From assembly GCF_002113885.1 (NCBI RefSeq), contig NW_018403901.1:252755-316754 (forward strand): a DNA stretch of 64,000 bases, in the 5' to 3' direction. Each line of letters opens with the position of its first letter. The first letter of the stretch is position 1. Below are positions 1 to 12,783 of this stretch, piece by piece. Below the pieces are notes generated by a model. It saw only the letters and a list, made by a program, of their open reading frames with translations, ran no database searches and was not told the DNA's origin. The DNA is from Mizuhopecten yessoensis. Taxonomy: Eukaryota. The position numbers and the translations under genes were made by a program.

Positions 1-115
1 TATATATATCATATTCTCGATTCATAAATAGTAACAAATGACATTTTGTAAGTAACTAATCAAGTGTCGTAAAACATTTTCCGATTTTATTGCGACCTAT
101 ATCCGGCGCACGCAC

Positions 116-343
116 TCAACGGAAGCCCGCAGTAATCAGGTCAGAGTTATATTTGCAGTCCGGTATGTTGTTGATGTTGATCGTGCAACCGGAGAAGGTT
201 GAATTGGTGAAAAATCCAGGCGTAAAATTGTTTGTTGATCTCACAGACACTTGAGACAGGCAGCTGGTGTTAGGGATCAAAGCAGAAGATACCGATAAGT
301 TCGGTAGCGACACTGTTAAGTCGCTCGGAGGTGCAAAGACCAA
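116..343 (-). pseudogene. Possible C-terminal remnant of a Crypton/DUF3504-type tyrosine-recombinase ORF
   Basis: Ser-rich linker ending in GFFTNSTFSGCTININ, resembling the FxxCTIN tail I associate with Crypton/DUF3504 proteins; no catalytic residues visible. Confidence 0.35.
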
Positions 344-437
344 CTTCAGTTATACTCTCATAAGATGAAGCTGCTATTGGCAGTACTTTAGTAGTAATAT
401 ACATGTAGAAGGGCTTTGCCACTCCAAATGTAAATAT

Positions 438-3400
438 TACTGTTTACTGACATAAACAACAATAGTCCCCGCGGTTTACTGTCATAAACAACCATAATCA
501 ACATGGTTTACTGTCATAATCAACCAAAGTCCCCACGGTTCACTGACATAAACAACCATAATCCCCAAGGTTTACTGTCATAAACAACCATAGTGCCCGC
601 GGTTTACTCTCATAAACAACCATAGTCACCGCGGTTTACTGTCCTAAACAACCATAGTCATCACTGTTTACTGTCATAAACAACCATAGTCCCCGCGTTT
701 TACCCAGGGTTTCCTCTCATAAACAACAATAGTCCCCGCGGTTTACTGTCATAAACAGCCATAGTCCCCACGGTTTACTGACATAAACAACCATAATCAA
801 CATGGTTTACTGTCATAATCAACCAAAGTCCCCACGGTTCACTGACATAAACAACCATAATCCCCAAGGTTTACTGTCATAAACAACCATAGTCCCCGCG
901 GTTTACTCTCATAAACAACCATAGTCCCCGCGGTTTACTGTCCTAAACAACCATAGTCATCACTGTTTACTGTCATAAACAACCATAGTCCCCGCGGTTT
1001 TCTGACATAAACAACCATAGTCCCCGCGGTTTACTGTCATAAAAAACCATAGCCTCGTGGTTTACTGTCATTGACAACCATAGTCCCCGTGGTTTACTGA
1101 CATAAACAACCATAGTCCCCACGGTTCACTGACATAAACAACCATAGTCCCCGCGGTTTACTGTCATAAACGACCATAGTCCCCGCGGTTTACTGTCATA
1201 AACGACCATAGTCCCCATGGTTTACTCTCATAAACAACCAAAGTCATCACTGTTTACTGACATAAACAACCAAAGTCATCATTGTTTACTGACATAAACA
1301 ACCATAGTCCCCAAGGTTTACTGACATAAACAACCGTAGTCCCCACGGTTGTTTACTGACATAAACAACCATAATGTTTACTGACATAAACAACCAGAAT
1401 CAACACGGTTTACTCTCATAAACAACAAAAGTCCCTGCGGTTTACTAACATAAACGTCCCCGCGGTTTACTGTCATAAACAACCATAGGCCCCGCGGTTT
1501 ACTGACATAAACAATCATAGTCCCCGCGGTTTACTGACATAAACAATCATAGTCCCCGCGGTTTACTGTCATAAACGACCATAGTCCCCATGGTTTGCTC
1601 TCATAAACAACCAAAGTCATCACTGTTTACTGACATTAACAACAATAGTCCCCACGGTTTACTGACATAAACAACTATTGGCCCCACGGTTTACTGACAT
1701 AAACAACCATAATCAACACGGTTTACTCTCATAAACAACAATAGTCCCCTCGGTTTACTGTCATAAACAACCATAGGCCCCGCGGTTTACTGACATAAAC
1801 AACCGTAGTCCCCACTGATTACTGACATAAACAACCATATAAACAACAATAGTCCCCGCGGTTTACTGACATAAACAACGGTTCACTGACATAAACAACC
1901 ATAATTCCCAAGGTTTACTGTCATAAACAACCATAGTCCCCGCTGTTTACTCTCATAAACAACCATAGTCATCACTGTTTACTGTCATAAACAACCATAG
2001 TCCCCGCGGTTTTCTGACATAAACAACCATAGTCCCCGTGGTTTACTGTCATAAAAAACCATAGCCTCGTGGATTACTGTCATTGACAACCATTGTCCCC
2101 GTGGTTTACTGACATAAACAACCATAGTCCTCACGGTTCACTGACATAAACAACCATAGTCCCCGCGGTTTACTGTCATAAACGACCATAGTCCCCGCGG
2201 TTTACTGTCATAAACGACCAAAGTCCCCATGGTTTACTCTCATAAACAACCAAAGTCATCACTGTTTACTGACATAAACAACCAAAGTCATCACTGTTTA
2301 CTGACATAAACAACCATAGTCCCCAAGGTTTACTGACATAAACAACCATAGTCCCCGCGGTTTACTGACATAAACAATCATAGTCCCCGCGGTTTACTGA
2401 CATCAACAACATGGTCCCCGCGGTTAACTGACATAAACAACCATAGTTCCGCGGTTTACTGACATCAACGACCATAGCCTCGCGGTTAACTGTCATAAAC
2501 AACCATAGTCCCCACGGTTTACTGACAACAACAACCATAGTCCCCACGGTTTACTGACATAGAAACCATAGTCCCCGCGGTTTACTGTCCAAAACAACCA
2601 TAGTCATCACTGTTTACTGACATTAACAACAATAGTCCCCACGGTTTACTGACATAAACAATCATAGTCCCCACGGTTTACTGTCATAAACAACCAAAGT
2701 CCCTGCGGTTTACTCTAATAAACAACAATAGTCCCCGCGGTTTACTGTCATTAACAACCATAGTCCCCACGGTTTACTATCATAAACAAAAAAAGTCCCC
2801 GCGGTTTACTGACATAAATAACAATAGTCCCCGCGGCTTACTGTCATAAACAACCATAGTCCCCACGGTTTACTGTCATAAACAACAATACTCCCCGCGG
2901 TTTACTGCCATAAACAACCATTGTCCCCACGGTTTACTCTCATAAACAACAATAGTCCCCGCGGTTTACTGACAAAAACAACAATAGTCCCCGCGGCTTA
3001 CTGTCATAAACAACCATAGTCCCCACGGTTTACTCTCATAAACAACAAAAGTCCCTGCGGTTTACTAACATAAACAACCATAGTCCCCACGGTTTACTGA
3101 CATAAACAACCATAGCCTCGCGGTTTACTGTCATAAACAACCATAGTCCCCACGGTTTACTGTCATAACCAACCAAAGTCCCCACGGTTTCCTGACATAA
3201 ACAACCATAGTCCCCACGGTTTACTGTCATAAACAACCAAAGTCCCCACGGTTTACTGACATAAACAACAATAGTCCCTGCGGTTTACTGTCATAAACAA
3301 CAATAGTCCCCGCGGTTTACTGTCATAAACAACAATAGTCCCCGCGGTTTACTGACATAAACAACCGTAGTCCCCACGGTTTACTGACATAAACAACCAT

Positions 3401-5049
3401 AATCCCAACGGTTTACTGCCATAAACAACCGTAGTCCCCACGGTTTACTGACATAAACAACCATAGTCCCCGCGGTTTACTGTCATAAACAACAATAGTT
3501 CCCGCGGTTTACTGACATAAACAACCGTAGTCCCCACGGTTTAATGACATAAACAACCATAGTCCCAACGGTTTACTGAGATAAACAACCATAGTCCCAA
3601 CGGTTTACTGCCATAAACCACTGGGGAAGAAATAGAAACCATAGTCCCCGCGGTTTACTGTCCAAAACAACCATAGTCATCACTGTTTACTGACATTAAC
3701 AACAATAGTCCCCACGGTTTACTGACATAAACAACCGTAGTCCCCACGGTTTAATGACATAAACAACCATAGTCCCAACGGTTTACTGCCATAAACAACA
3801 ATAGTCCCTGCGGTTTACTGTCATAAACAACAATAGTCCCCGCGGTTTACTGACATAAACAACCGTAGTCCCCACGGTTTAATGACATAAACAACCATAG
3901 TCCCAACGGTTTACTGCCATAAACCACTGGGGAAGAAATAGAAACCATAGTCCCCGCGGTTTACTGTCCAAAACAACCATAGTCATCACTGTTTACTGAC
4001 ATTAACAACAATAGTCCCCACGGTTTACTGACATAAACAACCCCATAGTCATCACTGTTTACTGACATTAACAACAATAGTCCCCACGGTTTACTGACAT
4101 AAACACCCATAGTCCCAACGGTTTACCGACATAAACAACCGTAGTCCCCACGGTTTACTTACATAAACAACCATAGTCCCAACGGTTTACCGAAATAAAC
4201 AACCATAGTCCCTACGGTTTACTGATATAAACAACCATAGTCCCCACGGTTTACTGAAATAAACAACCATAGTCCCCACGGTTTACTGACATAAACACCC
4301 ATAGTCCCAACGGTTTACCGACATAAACAACCGTAGTCCCCACGGTTTAATGACATAAACAACCATAGTCCCAACGGTTTACTGCCATAAACAACCGTAG
4401 TCCCCCCGGTTTACTGACATAAACAACCATAGTCCCAACGGTTTACCGAAATAAACAACCATAGTCCCTACGGTTTACTGATATAAACAACCATAGTCCC
4501 CACGGTTTACTGAAATAAACAACCATAGTCCCCACGGTTTACTGACATAAACACCCATAGTCCCAACGGTTTACCGACATAAACAACCGTAGTCCCCACG
4601 GTTTACTAACATAAACAACCATAATCCCAACGGTTTACTGCCATAAACAACCGTAGTCCCCCCGGTTTACTGACATAAACAACCATAGTCCCCACGTTTT
4701 ACTGTCATAAGCAACCATAGTACCCACGGTTCACTGACATAAACAACCATTATAAGTCCCCTCGGTTTACTGTCCTAAACAACCATAGTCCCCGCGTTTT
4801 ACTGACATAAACAACCATAGTCCCAACAGTTTACTGACATAAACAACCGTAGTCCCCACGGTTTACTTACATAAACAACCATAGTCCCAACGGTTTACTG
4901 ACATAAACAACCATAGTCCCCACGGTTTACTGTCATAAGCAACCATAGTACCCACGGTTCACTGACATAAACAACCATTATAAGTCCCCGCGGTTTACTG
5001 TCCTAAACAACCATAGTCCCCGCGGTTTACTCTCATAAACGACCATAGT
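438..5049. repeat. Minisatellite, 32-bp unit (ggtttactgacataaacaaccatagtccccgc), ~140 copies, in an intron of gene A
   Basis: Directly visible 32-bp periodicity with variant units and higher-order block duplications. Confidence 0.97.
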
Positions 5050-5184
5050 ACGGCAGCTATTATTTGACCATCTACTTATGAACCTTAATTATAACAAATA
5101 TATCTTCATATATAAGTTATGTTTCGTTTGTTTTTTTAAACCTGGAGTTAAATTTACACAAACATAGAGTTACTTTTCCTTTAC

Positions 5185-5311
5185 CTGCGGACAATCTTTC
5201 TTGAGTCAACATCATCCATGATGCTGACAAGACAATAATCGCTCAGGCTTGTACAGTATTGCAAATCAGATTCGTCGTTTTTACAGTCCGTGTTGTTACA
5301 AACTGCGCAAG
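5185..5311 (-). CDS. Gene A exon encoding the N-terminal half of a Ly6/uPAR (three-finger)-like domain
   Basis: Polypyrimidine tract plus aag acceptor, gtaaag donor; L-x-C-x2-C-x4-C-x9-C-x6-C pattern ending RKIVR. Confidence 0.7.
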
Positions 5312-8300
5312 CTTGACAAGAAAGAGACAAATAAGTGTAAAAGAGTTATAAACATATGTGTATATATCACAATGTATCAAAAGTAAGAAAACTCCATTAG
5401 AAATCGACATAGAAAGCCAATAAAACACGACATTTTACTGAACTATATGGCCGTTTTGACTATGCTGGAGTACTCATCGTTGGTGTTAAGGGTCGTACAC
5501 ACATGGACACGCAGCAAATGAAGAACGATGCTGACAAAAATGTGCAAAACACATTTAAAACTGCTGGCTTTAGCAGATATGTTATTTTAAAAATAATACA
5601 TGTATTTTATGTAAACAGTGGCAGAATTTGGTCTAGCTAGCATGTTACAAGGTATTATATGTGTGTTATAGAGGATGCATATAGGTATAAAATATTCGAA
5701 CGAAACCTTGATATTTAAGACGTATAAGCAGGTTTCCAATCACTTTCCTTAAAAACGTTAAACCGCTAAACAATATACACGAATTTTTCAACTATGGTTC
5801 CTTTTTGTTTAAAAAACAAACACCACTTGCAAAAATACCCTGTTTTTTTACGGTATGAAACAAATCTTACTTACACAAATGCGGGTTTGGTGTTGTCGGT
5901 ATTGTAGTCTGTCGCGTCGTTAATGTTGACGCCGTTGTTGGTGCTTGTGTTGTCATAGGTTTCGGGGTAGTCGTTATTGGTTTCGGGGAAGTCGTTATTG
6001 GTTTTTGTGTTGTCATTGATTTCGGCGTAGTCGTTGTTGGTTTTTGTGTTGTCATTGGTTTCGGGGAAGTCGTTGTTGGTTTCGGGGTAGTCGTTGTTGG
6101 TGTATGGGCTGTTGTTGTTGGTTGTTGGATAGTTGTTGTAGGTATTATTTTTGTAGTTGTTGGTTTTTGAGTTGTAGTGGTTAACACTTGGGTAGTCAGT
6201 GGTAATTTTGTGGTGATTGCTACTTGAACTGGGGAACATTGCACAGGGTCTGGTCCGAGCTCATTTCTTGGCAGCCGAAGATACTGTGCACACACATTAC
6301 CCTGGTGATGTTTCAGAACTACAACACGAGTTAGAATCTCACAAAAGATGATCAAATTATGTGAATAATATTCAACCCCATTTAATCAAGATTAAATAAG
6401 ACATAATAAATTAAAAAAGAAATGTCCTTTCTACTGTTAATACCTATTGTCCATTAATGTCACAGAACAACTTTTTGACAATTGCTCGATGAAACAAACA
6501 TTTCTTCTATCTCTATCCATACCTGCTGTAATACCTACATTTCTCTTAACTCTTTCAACTTGTATATGAGGAATGTACATGGTATGAAACACTATAAGAC
6601 TATTTCATGTCAAGTGGTGCAGGGTAGGGAAATTCCACCCGAGGGTCACGTCATTGTTGAGCCTTTGTGACGTCACGCCCATGTAAGATTAATAGAATAT
6701 ATCGCTACTGGTTGTGTAAGATAGAGAAATCTCAACCCGAGGACTAAGATTTTTTGTCCAGAACGAGGCTTGCCGAGTTCTGGACAAAAAAATCTTAGTC
6801 CGAGGGTTGAGATTTCTCTATCTTACACAACCAGTAGCGATTGATTATTTTTCTCCCATATCTAACAGTATTTTAATGTGAAATAAAGGTAAACATGGAC
6901 CCAAAACACATACAGGCAATTTGTTGATGGATTGTTGACGTGACGTCATTGTATTGTTGAAGTGACGTCATGCCATTGTTATGAATAGGGGAATCCCCCC
7001 GTCTCAACCCTAGGGCGGAGACAGATAAATCTAGCACCGGCAAAACGGGAGATAAATCTGTCAGGTGTTGGAGAAAGACTCAGCAAGCATGGCTATCCTG
7101 CATGGCCAGCGTTATCTTACATGACCGGATATAAGAGAAATAGTTATTTTTTCTATAGTTTGTGTAAAAAAAAGATATTTCTATTATTTTCTATTGACGT
7201 TAAACCTACACTCCTCCTGTCTCCTGTTTTTCATTGACCTTAACCAGATTTTTTTTTTTTAATTGCGGTAAAATAAACATTTCTCCTTTAAACAATGGAT
7301 GTGAAATACACATTTTTCCTCTCTAAATTTGCTTTAAAACGCAAATTTATCTATATCTCTTTAGTGTAACTGCTTTGAAACAAATATTTCTTGTGGCTGT
7401 GATTACAAATATCTATTGTTTAACAACTTCTATATGTAACTGCTTCACATATATAACAAGTACTAAAATGTGAAGCCAAAACGTAATCCATAGCTCCTGT
7501 AAACATTGACATTTTCCTATCTCCAGGTGGTACTAAAACAAATCCTGTAGCTTATCAAAGTGCATTTTTTCCAATTTATTACTTTCCTATTTATTACTTT
7601 CCTATTTATTATTGGTGTAAAAACATATAGTTCTCCAGTGTTTAACTAGGGTTCAATTCAATGACAATTATACACAGAAATCCGCGTTATCGAATATTTA
7701 TAACGTCATTTTAAAATGGAGAAGATGGCGATTTCAATTTACCTTTTTTGCTTGAGTTGTCTCGCCTGATACGGTACAAATATATACCAAGGTATATTTT
7801 TTTAACATTTACAATTACGCATTGAGCTGTGTAAAATAAGGTACATGTATGTGATGTAGAATCGCGAAAACTTCATTTCACAAATAGGGTAAATGTATTC
7901 GAAATAAAAGTTTAAATCTTCAGAAACGTTTTATTTTCAGTGGCGAAATACATATGTGTGATGTTTATGTGAATTACAGTGAAGTAACCGGAAAAGGCGA
8001 TATTAACCGAAACGGAATTGGGGTTGATACTGCTTTTTCAGGTTCGTATAACAATATATTCACTGAAAAAAAAAGTTGAATTATCCTAGCATGTTATAAT
8101 GTGAAAAACGAATTTGTTATCATTTAAAAAACGAGCGTAAGCAGTTCGTAAGGGAAAAAGAAAAGCATTTGGCAGATAGCATTGTTTCATTACAATTGAA
8201 GTGACGTCATGAAGAGAACATGTTTCTCAAAATAGTAACACCGACTCAATTTCACAAACCAGGGACCTCTACCCAAACATGATTCAGCCAGTGAGGATGT

Positions 8301-11300
8301 TGGAATAAATGGTGTCATCTAACGTATATTGTTGGATATGTTTTGAGATAAGTAAAAGGCATGTGACTTACATGTGTTGATGAGGTACTCCAGCATGTTC
8401 AGACACACACTATGGTGATACTGGTTGGTGTATTCGACGCTCAATATAGCCTCATGGAATTCTGTGGACTTGTTACCTGTTGTTAAAATACTTTTATTAC
8501 AGCTTTTTTCAGAATAACATTTACGTAGATACATACATATATCATGTTTTCCTGAGGTTTTTTTGTATTAGATGGTACATGTATACCTGATATAGAAATA
8601 TGGTTACAAAGGTGCATGTGGTAGCTGTCAATGACACTTCCAAGACCAAACAAACGCGTGGGATACATGTGGTAGCTGTCAATGACACTTCCAAGACCAA
8701 ACAAACGCGTGGGATACATGTTATCCTGTCCAGTCCGGTATATGTAGGTCGTGACAACAGTGGTGTGTATTCAGTTAATTGTAAAAGGTTTGTACTTTCC
8801 ACATTTATGTGTAATAAGTTGAATACGTAGCATATGACAATAGGACCTGAAGAAGCGTAATATGAAAAGGGGAGAAAATCCATGACAAGGCGAAGTGTCA
8901 CCTATTATATACATTGTATACACAATAATATTGCTAGTATCCCTGTATTTGTATTATATTGTAGTTTTCACTTTAAAGAAAATTATTTTCATTACATAGA
9001 TTCCAAATCAATTATCGATATGTTATTTAATGAAAACAACCGTTTCAATTACTTTCATTTATAGAGCATGAACAATAACAGTATATAGATATGAAATGCC
9101 AGTCTTACCTTTCCAATGTTCGAGTAGGTATCTGTATCCGTTTTCAACATTATCTGTATTATATAATTGAAACAACCCTGATGATTTTCTTTCTCACTGA
9201 GCATAATAAGTTTATACTGAGGTCAAGTACATACATAATGAATTACCTTTAGCTGGCATCAACAGGTATGAAAGTTAATATTTACAATACCATTGTTATG
9301 ACATGGTGTCACTCATGTACTTCTGCAATCGACCTAAACTGTTATTCTTGTATCGTTGAATACAAATTATTCATACTGACAGATCCACAGTTTTGAATTG
9401 CATGATTTGTTATTGATTTGTAGAAAATATCCCAAATTATATAATATTCATAATCGGTGTGACTGTTAGTTGGATATTTACAGGGTAAATATGAAACGCT
9501 AGTTCCATGGTCACTTATATCATCACAAAAACGTAACGTAAAGCTGTCATTGATACACAACTCTTTAGAGTAGAAAAGTTTCAAGCTTTTGAACAACATT
9601 TATTTTATTTGCCAAACAAAGACGACGTTTTCGGAAAAATCCGAATATTGGTTCGATTCACATGCAATACTATGGCACTCTGGTACTCAGAAAGAAAACA
9701 ATCATAAACAAAATAAGCTATGTATTTTACGCTCACAAGTTTGTATTATATATATAGGATTTTACCAGGCCAAGTTTATTAGTGTAAGTTTTAATTAAAT
9801 GTACAGATGTAAGTTGAGACTGGAATGGACATGACTGTGTTGTAATGACCTCTATACGGACGTACCGAGAGACACGTGGCGCAGTTCTCTAATCCGAATC
9901 CGCAGTAGTTCGGAATCTATAAAACAGAAACAGTAGAGTTATTTACACTTGGGTGTTAACCTTAATATTTCACGTAAAACCGCACTGATACACACTATTA
10001 AACCCTTTGCTAACATCATGATCAGTGCGGGTTGCTTGTCGTAATAATATATGTAAAGAGATACATAACGGTAAACATCCGTTTGGACTGTGTATGTGTA
10101 TGGAATTACAATATACTCACATAAATATTCTCCATCCTTTATCCACTTGTTTGTTATAGAAAGAACATCTGAAATCAAACCAAAACACATTATATCCATC
10201 AGCATTATACCCTAAGCAACCTCAAAATACTAGCGTCACTATCAAAAGAGTATGTACACGCGTCAGTTCTGTGACTCTAACGTTAAGCCAAATGCGTTTT
10301 TTTATCTTGAATTGTTTTCTGTTCCACTTTGTTACAGGTTGGTTACATGTGATATTTTGATTTTTAAGTTACAATAATCTACCACATTAACAGGACCAGT
10401 GTATGGTATGTATACTATATATTGATGATAATCATTGTAGCTGAAAACATTTTACCTTCGAACTCTGACAGATAACTACACTCGTCAGGCAAAACACTCT
10501 CTGCAAGAAGAAAAATATTGATGGATTAACCTTGACTTTCGCCCTGATATATTGATTAAGTCGCATTTTTTTTATAACCCATTAAAAACCTGTTGGATAT
10601 AATGGTCAGCAAGATGTCAAAATAAGCTTTATGCATAAAATGTTAAAATGGTGATGATCTTGGTTTTTAAAAGAAACATAATTCGAATACGAAAAATTCC
10701 GTGTTATCATTGGTTAAGTCACAGTCAATACGAACATCCTTCAGATCACGTGAGCATAACCACATACTGCTAACAGATTTTGGTCAATATCTCTTCATGC
10801 TCGACTTTGATATCAGAGAAGTACATTTGCGACGCCGTGGATTTTTATGAAATGTGAAATGTATAATAAAAATAGTTTCGACATAAATTATTTAACATTG
10901 CAGACAAAACATAATACATTATTGTAATAATAAAAATAATAATGACCTTAATTTATTGAGGATAAAATACATGTTTAGCCAAAGATTAATCGTCCACATA
11001 CTCCTCTTGTTGGTAAAATACATGTGTTAGATAAAATAACATATTTACCCAATCGATATATAAATAAACATGGTTATCTTGCTAAAAAAATGCATGTGCT
11101 AGTTAAAAGTTACATGTATATTGGTGCAATCGACATATATAAGATTATATCACAGTTATCTTATCAAGAGTATCACAGATTGCATACAGTTTCATGCAAA
11201 CGTATTTCATCAATTAAATGGCATGTGCCTAAATTACATACATGCTAATATAACAAAACAATAAAATTAACATAGTTATACGCTAATATAGCATAATCTA

Positions 11301-12669
11301 AAATATTGATAAAATTCAGATAAGAGGTCTATTTAGAAAGTAAGATCTCGTTTGAAAGTGGTGAAATCGTTATCTTTAATATTCAGGCATTCTGATCATA
11401 TTGGATTACAAATGAAGATATGAGGTTTTTTTGGGTTTTTTTTGTATGTGTTTTTTTTTTAGGATACATTAATACAATAACAAGGTTATCTCGCATAAAT
11501 AATATAAAAAAACGAACACGACTTCATGTACAACATAACCTACCAAGAGTTGTCCCACCCTGTGGTCCGAACAGAAACCTCCTTCGATGTCCATCAGAGA
11601 CAACTGTAAAAACAAACGACTGTGCTTAGCATGTAAGATCGCCATATAAAGTATCTACGTACATTGCGGACACGTGTTGATGTTATCCACAGAGGTGGTT
11701 GGACAGTTCGACTATAACGTATACATATCATTATGTAATATTTACATTCTGTATGCTTAGACCCATTGACAAAAAAACATTCATAAATGCATAACACAGG
11801 TGTTCATAGAATCTCAGCACGTGGGAACTGATAGTAACCTGATCACACTGCGTAGTATACACTACAAAAACTACTCACTCGTAACGACCGACCTAGATGC
11901 TTAATTCTTACATCTTAAAATATTATTGAACTGTGCTTTGTGAAATATCCACGTGTTCACGTGTCCTGTGCTACAAATAAACATTGAATATGGTACTACA
12001 TTTTGTTGTGTTATTGTTGTTGACGGTTGCTAAGATCTCTCACGATAGTGTCACATTTCCCCGCGAAAAAACACTGTTCTCGCCACTGCGTTGTACCCGT
12101 GTATAAGCAGGAACAAACCCTGTTTATTTGTTTTATTCGTTGTTATATCGATCCACTGAAAGGATTCGTCAATGTAAATATAAGGAATGATATTTATTTT
12201 TTCAACATTTATGAGGGCATAACAACAATGGGTTTATGGACATATTGAATGAATTGCGTTAGCGATTCATGTAAAACATGTCCAAAAACCCATTGTTGTT
12301 ATGACCTCATAAATGTTGAAAAAATAAAAATCATTCCTTAAATAACCTTTTCTTACATGGTTTTACGTATAATGTAATACATTTGACTGATGTATACGAA
12401 CGCTGTGTTTTAAATGGCATACTTACGTATCACTTAGTTTATATTTTTAATATATTACGTGTATCAAGTTAAGTTCAATAATCTTTCAATGTTATACCTG
12501 CCACGTGACATAACGGGAACAGCGCCATCCATAATGTAAATACAGACTATAAAATATAGATAACGTATTTGAAATTGTCAAAATGTTAAAACATAAAAAA
12601 AATGTTTTACGTACCAGCCAAGGTTAGTACAAGGGCGGATAGTCCGATCAACATGATGTCACCAGCCAT
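5185..12669 (-). CDS. Gene A (3'-partial): secreted/surface protein with signal peptide, helical region, Thr-rich mucin stalk and Ly6/uPAR-like Cys-rich domain. Predicted exons 12669-12615, 11603-11544, 10500-10456, 10168-10121, 9916-9866, 9153-9109, 8476-8372, 6228-5875, 5311-5185; continues beyond the left edge
   Basis: GT/AG-bounded exons join in frame: MAGDIMLIGLSALVLTLA|VVSDGHRRRFLFGPQGGTTL|ESVLPDECSYLSEFE|DVLSITNKWIKDGEYL|YSELLRIRIRELRHVSL|DNVENGYRYLLEHWK|GNKSTEFHEAILSVEYTNQYHHSVCLNMLEYLINT|FQVAITTKLPLTT...TTPNPHL|SCAVCNNTDCKNDESDLQYCTSLSDYCLVSIMDDVDSRKIVR. All introns are phase 1 except the last (phase 2). The set of short internal exons is less certain than exon 1, the mucin exon and the Cys exon. 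Confidence 0.7.
5875..6228 (-). CDS. Gene A mucin-like Thr/Pro-rich exon (TTTPKP-type repeats)
   Basis: Lies inside ORF 5867-6355; acceptor gttccccag and donor gtaagt give a 354-nt phase 1-1 exon. An alternative acceptor at 6301 is possible. Confidence 0.75.
6598..7143. mobile_element. Non-autonomous hairpin element (Crypton-like) preceded by a truncated end of a related element
   Basis: Near-perfect ~64-bp-arm palindrome 6701-6841 with centre cgaggcttgccgag; right end gatataagagaaatag is an imperfect inverted match to 6845-6862; the related motif ggaaattccacccgaggg occurs near 6628; several TGACGTCA copies. The family assignment is recalled, not searched. Confidence 0.65.
8616..8720. repeat. 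Perfect 51-bp tandem duplication
   Basis: catgtggtagctgtcaatgacacttccaagaccaaacaaacgcgtgggata twice. Confidence 0.92.
12175..12345. mobile_element. Palindromic hairpin element (Crypton-like or MITE)
   Basis: taaggaatga...tcattcctta inverted arms of ~75 bp (12181-12340) around gaattgcgttagcgattc. Confidence 0.6.
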
Positions 12670-12768
12670 GAAAGGGCAACACGTAAGGTCACCAAGTCTT
12701 ATCTCTGGTCATGTCTATCAGTACGAGCACTCTAACTAACTGTCTACTTATGTAAATGTAAATATACA

Positions 12769-12783
12769 ACATTATATATAGCA
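12769..12783 (-). promoter_or_regulatory. Candidate TATA box of gene A
   Basis: gctatatataat on the - strand about 105 bp upstream of the ATG; weak evidence in AT-rich DNA. Confidence 0.35.

Noticed and set aside
438-5049. CRISPR-like array (32-bp period with dyad symmetry)
   Set aside because: No unique spacers, no cas genes, eukaryotic intron context. ORFs 2362-2547 and 3036-3236 are repeat artefacts.
5871-6239. Asn/Asp-rich ORF
   Set aside because: Alternative frame of the Thr-rich mucin exon.
8483-8901. Overlapping ORFs with a repeated 17-aa peptide
   Set aside because: Explained by the 51-bp duplication; no convincing splice pair.
9247-9333. Putative - strand exon reading VDCRST*VTPCHNNG...TC*CQLK, tempting as a selenocysteine EGF-like exon
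   Set aside because: It needs phase 0 whereas flanking gene A introns are phase 1; it has two in-frame TGA and no SECIS was seen. A 6-nt microexon (9252-9247) remains unproven.
9482-9562. Possible additional phase 1-1 exon of gene A (ELCINDSF...SYLP)
   Set aside because: Weak acceptor and donor, and not needed for the frame; left out of the model.
9866-9916. Cys-rich alternative frame IPNYCGFGLENCATCLS
   Set aside because: The phase-0 reading is incompatible with the phase-1 chain from the signal-peptide exon.
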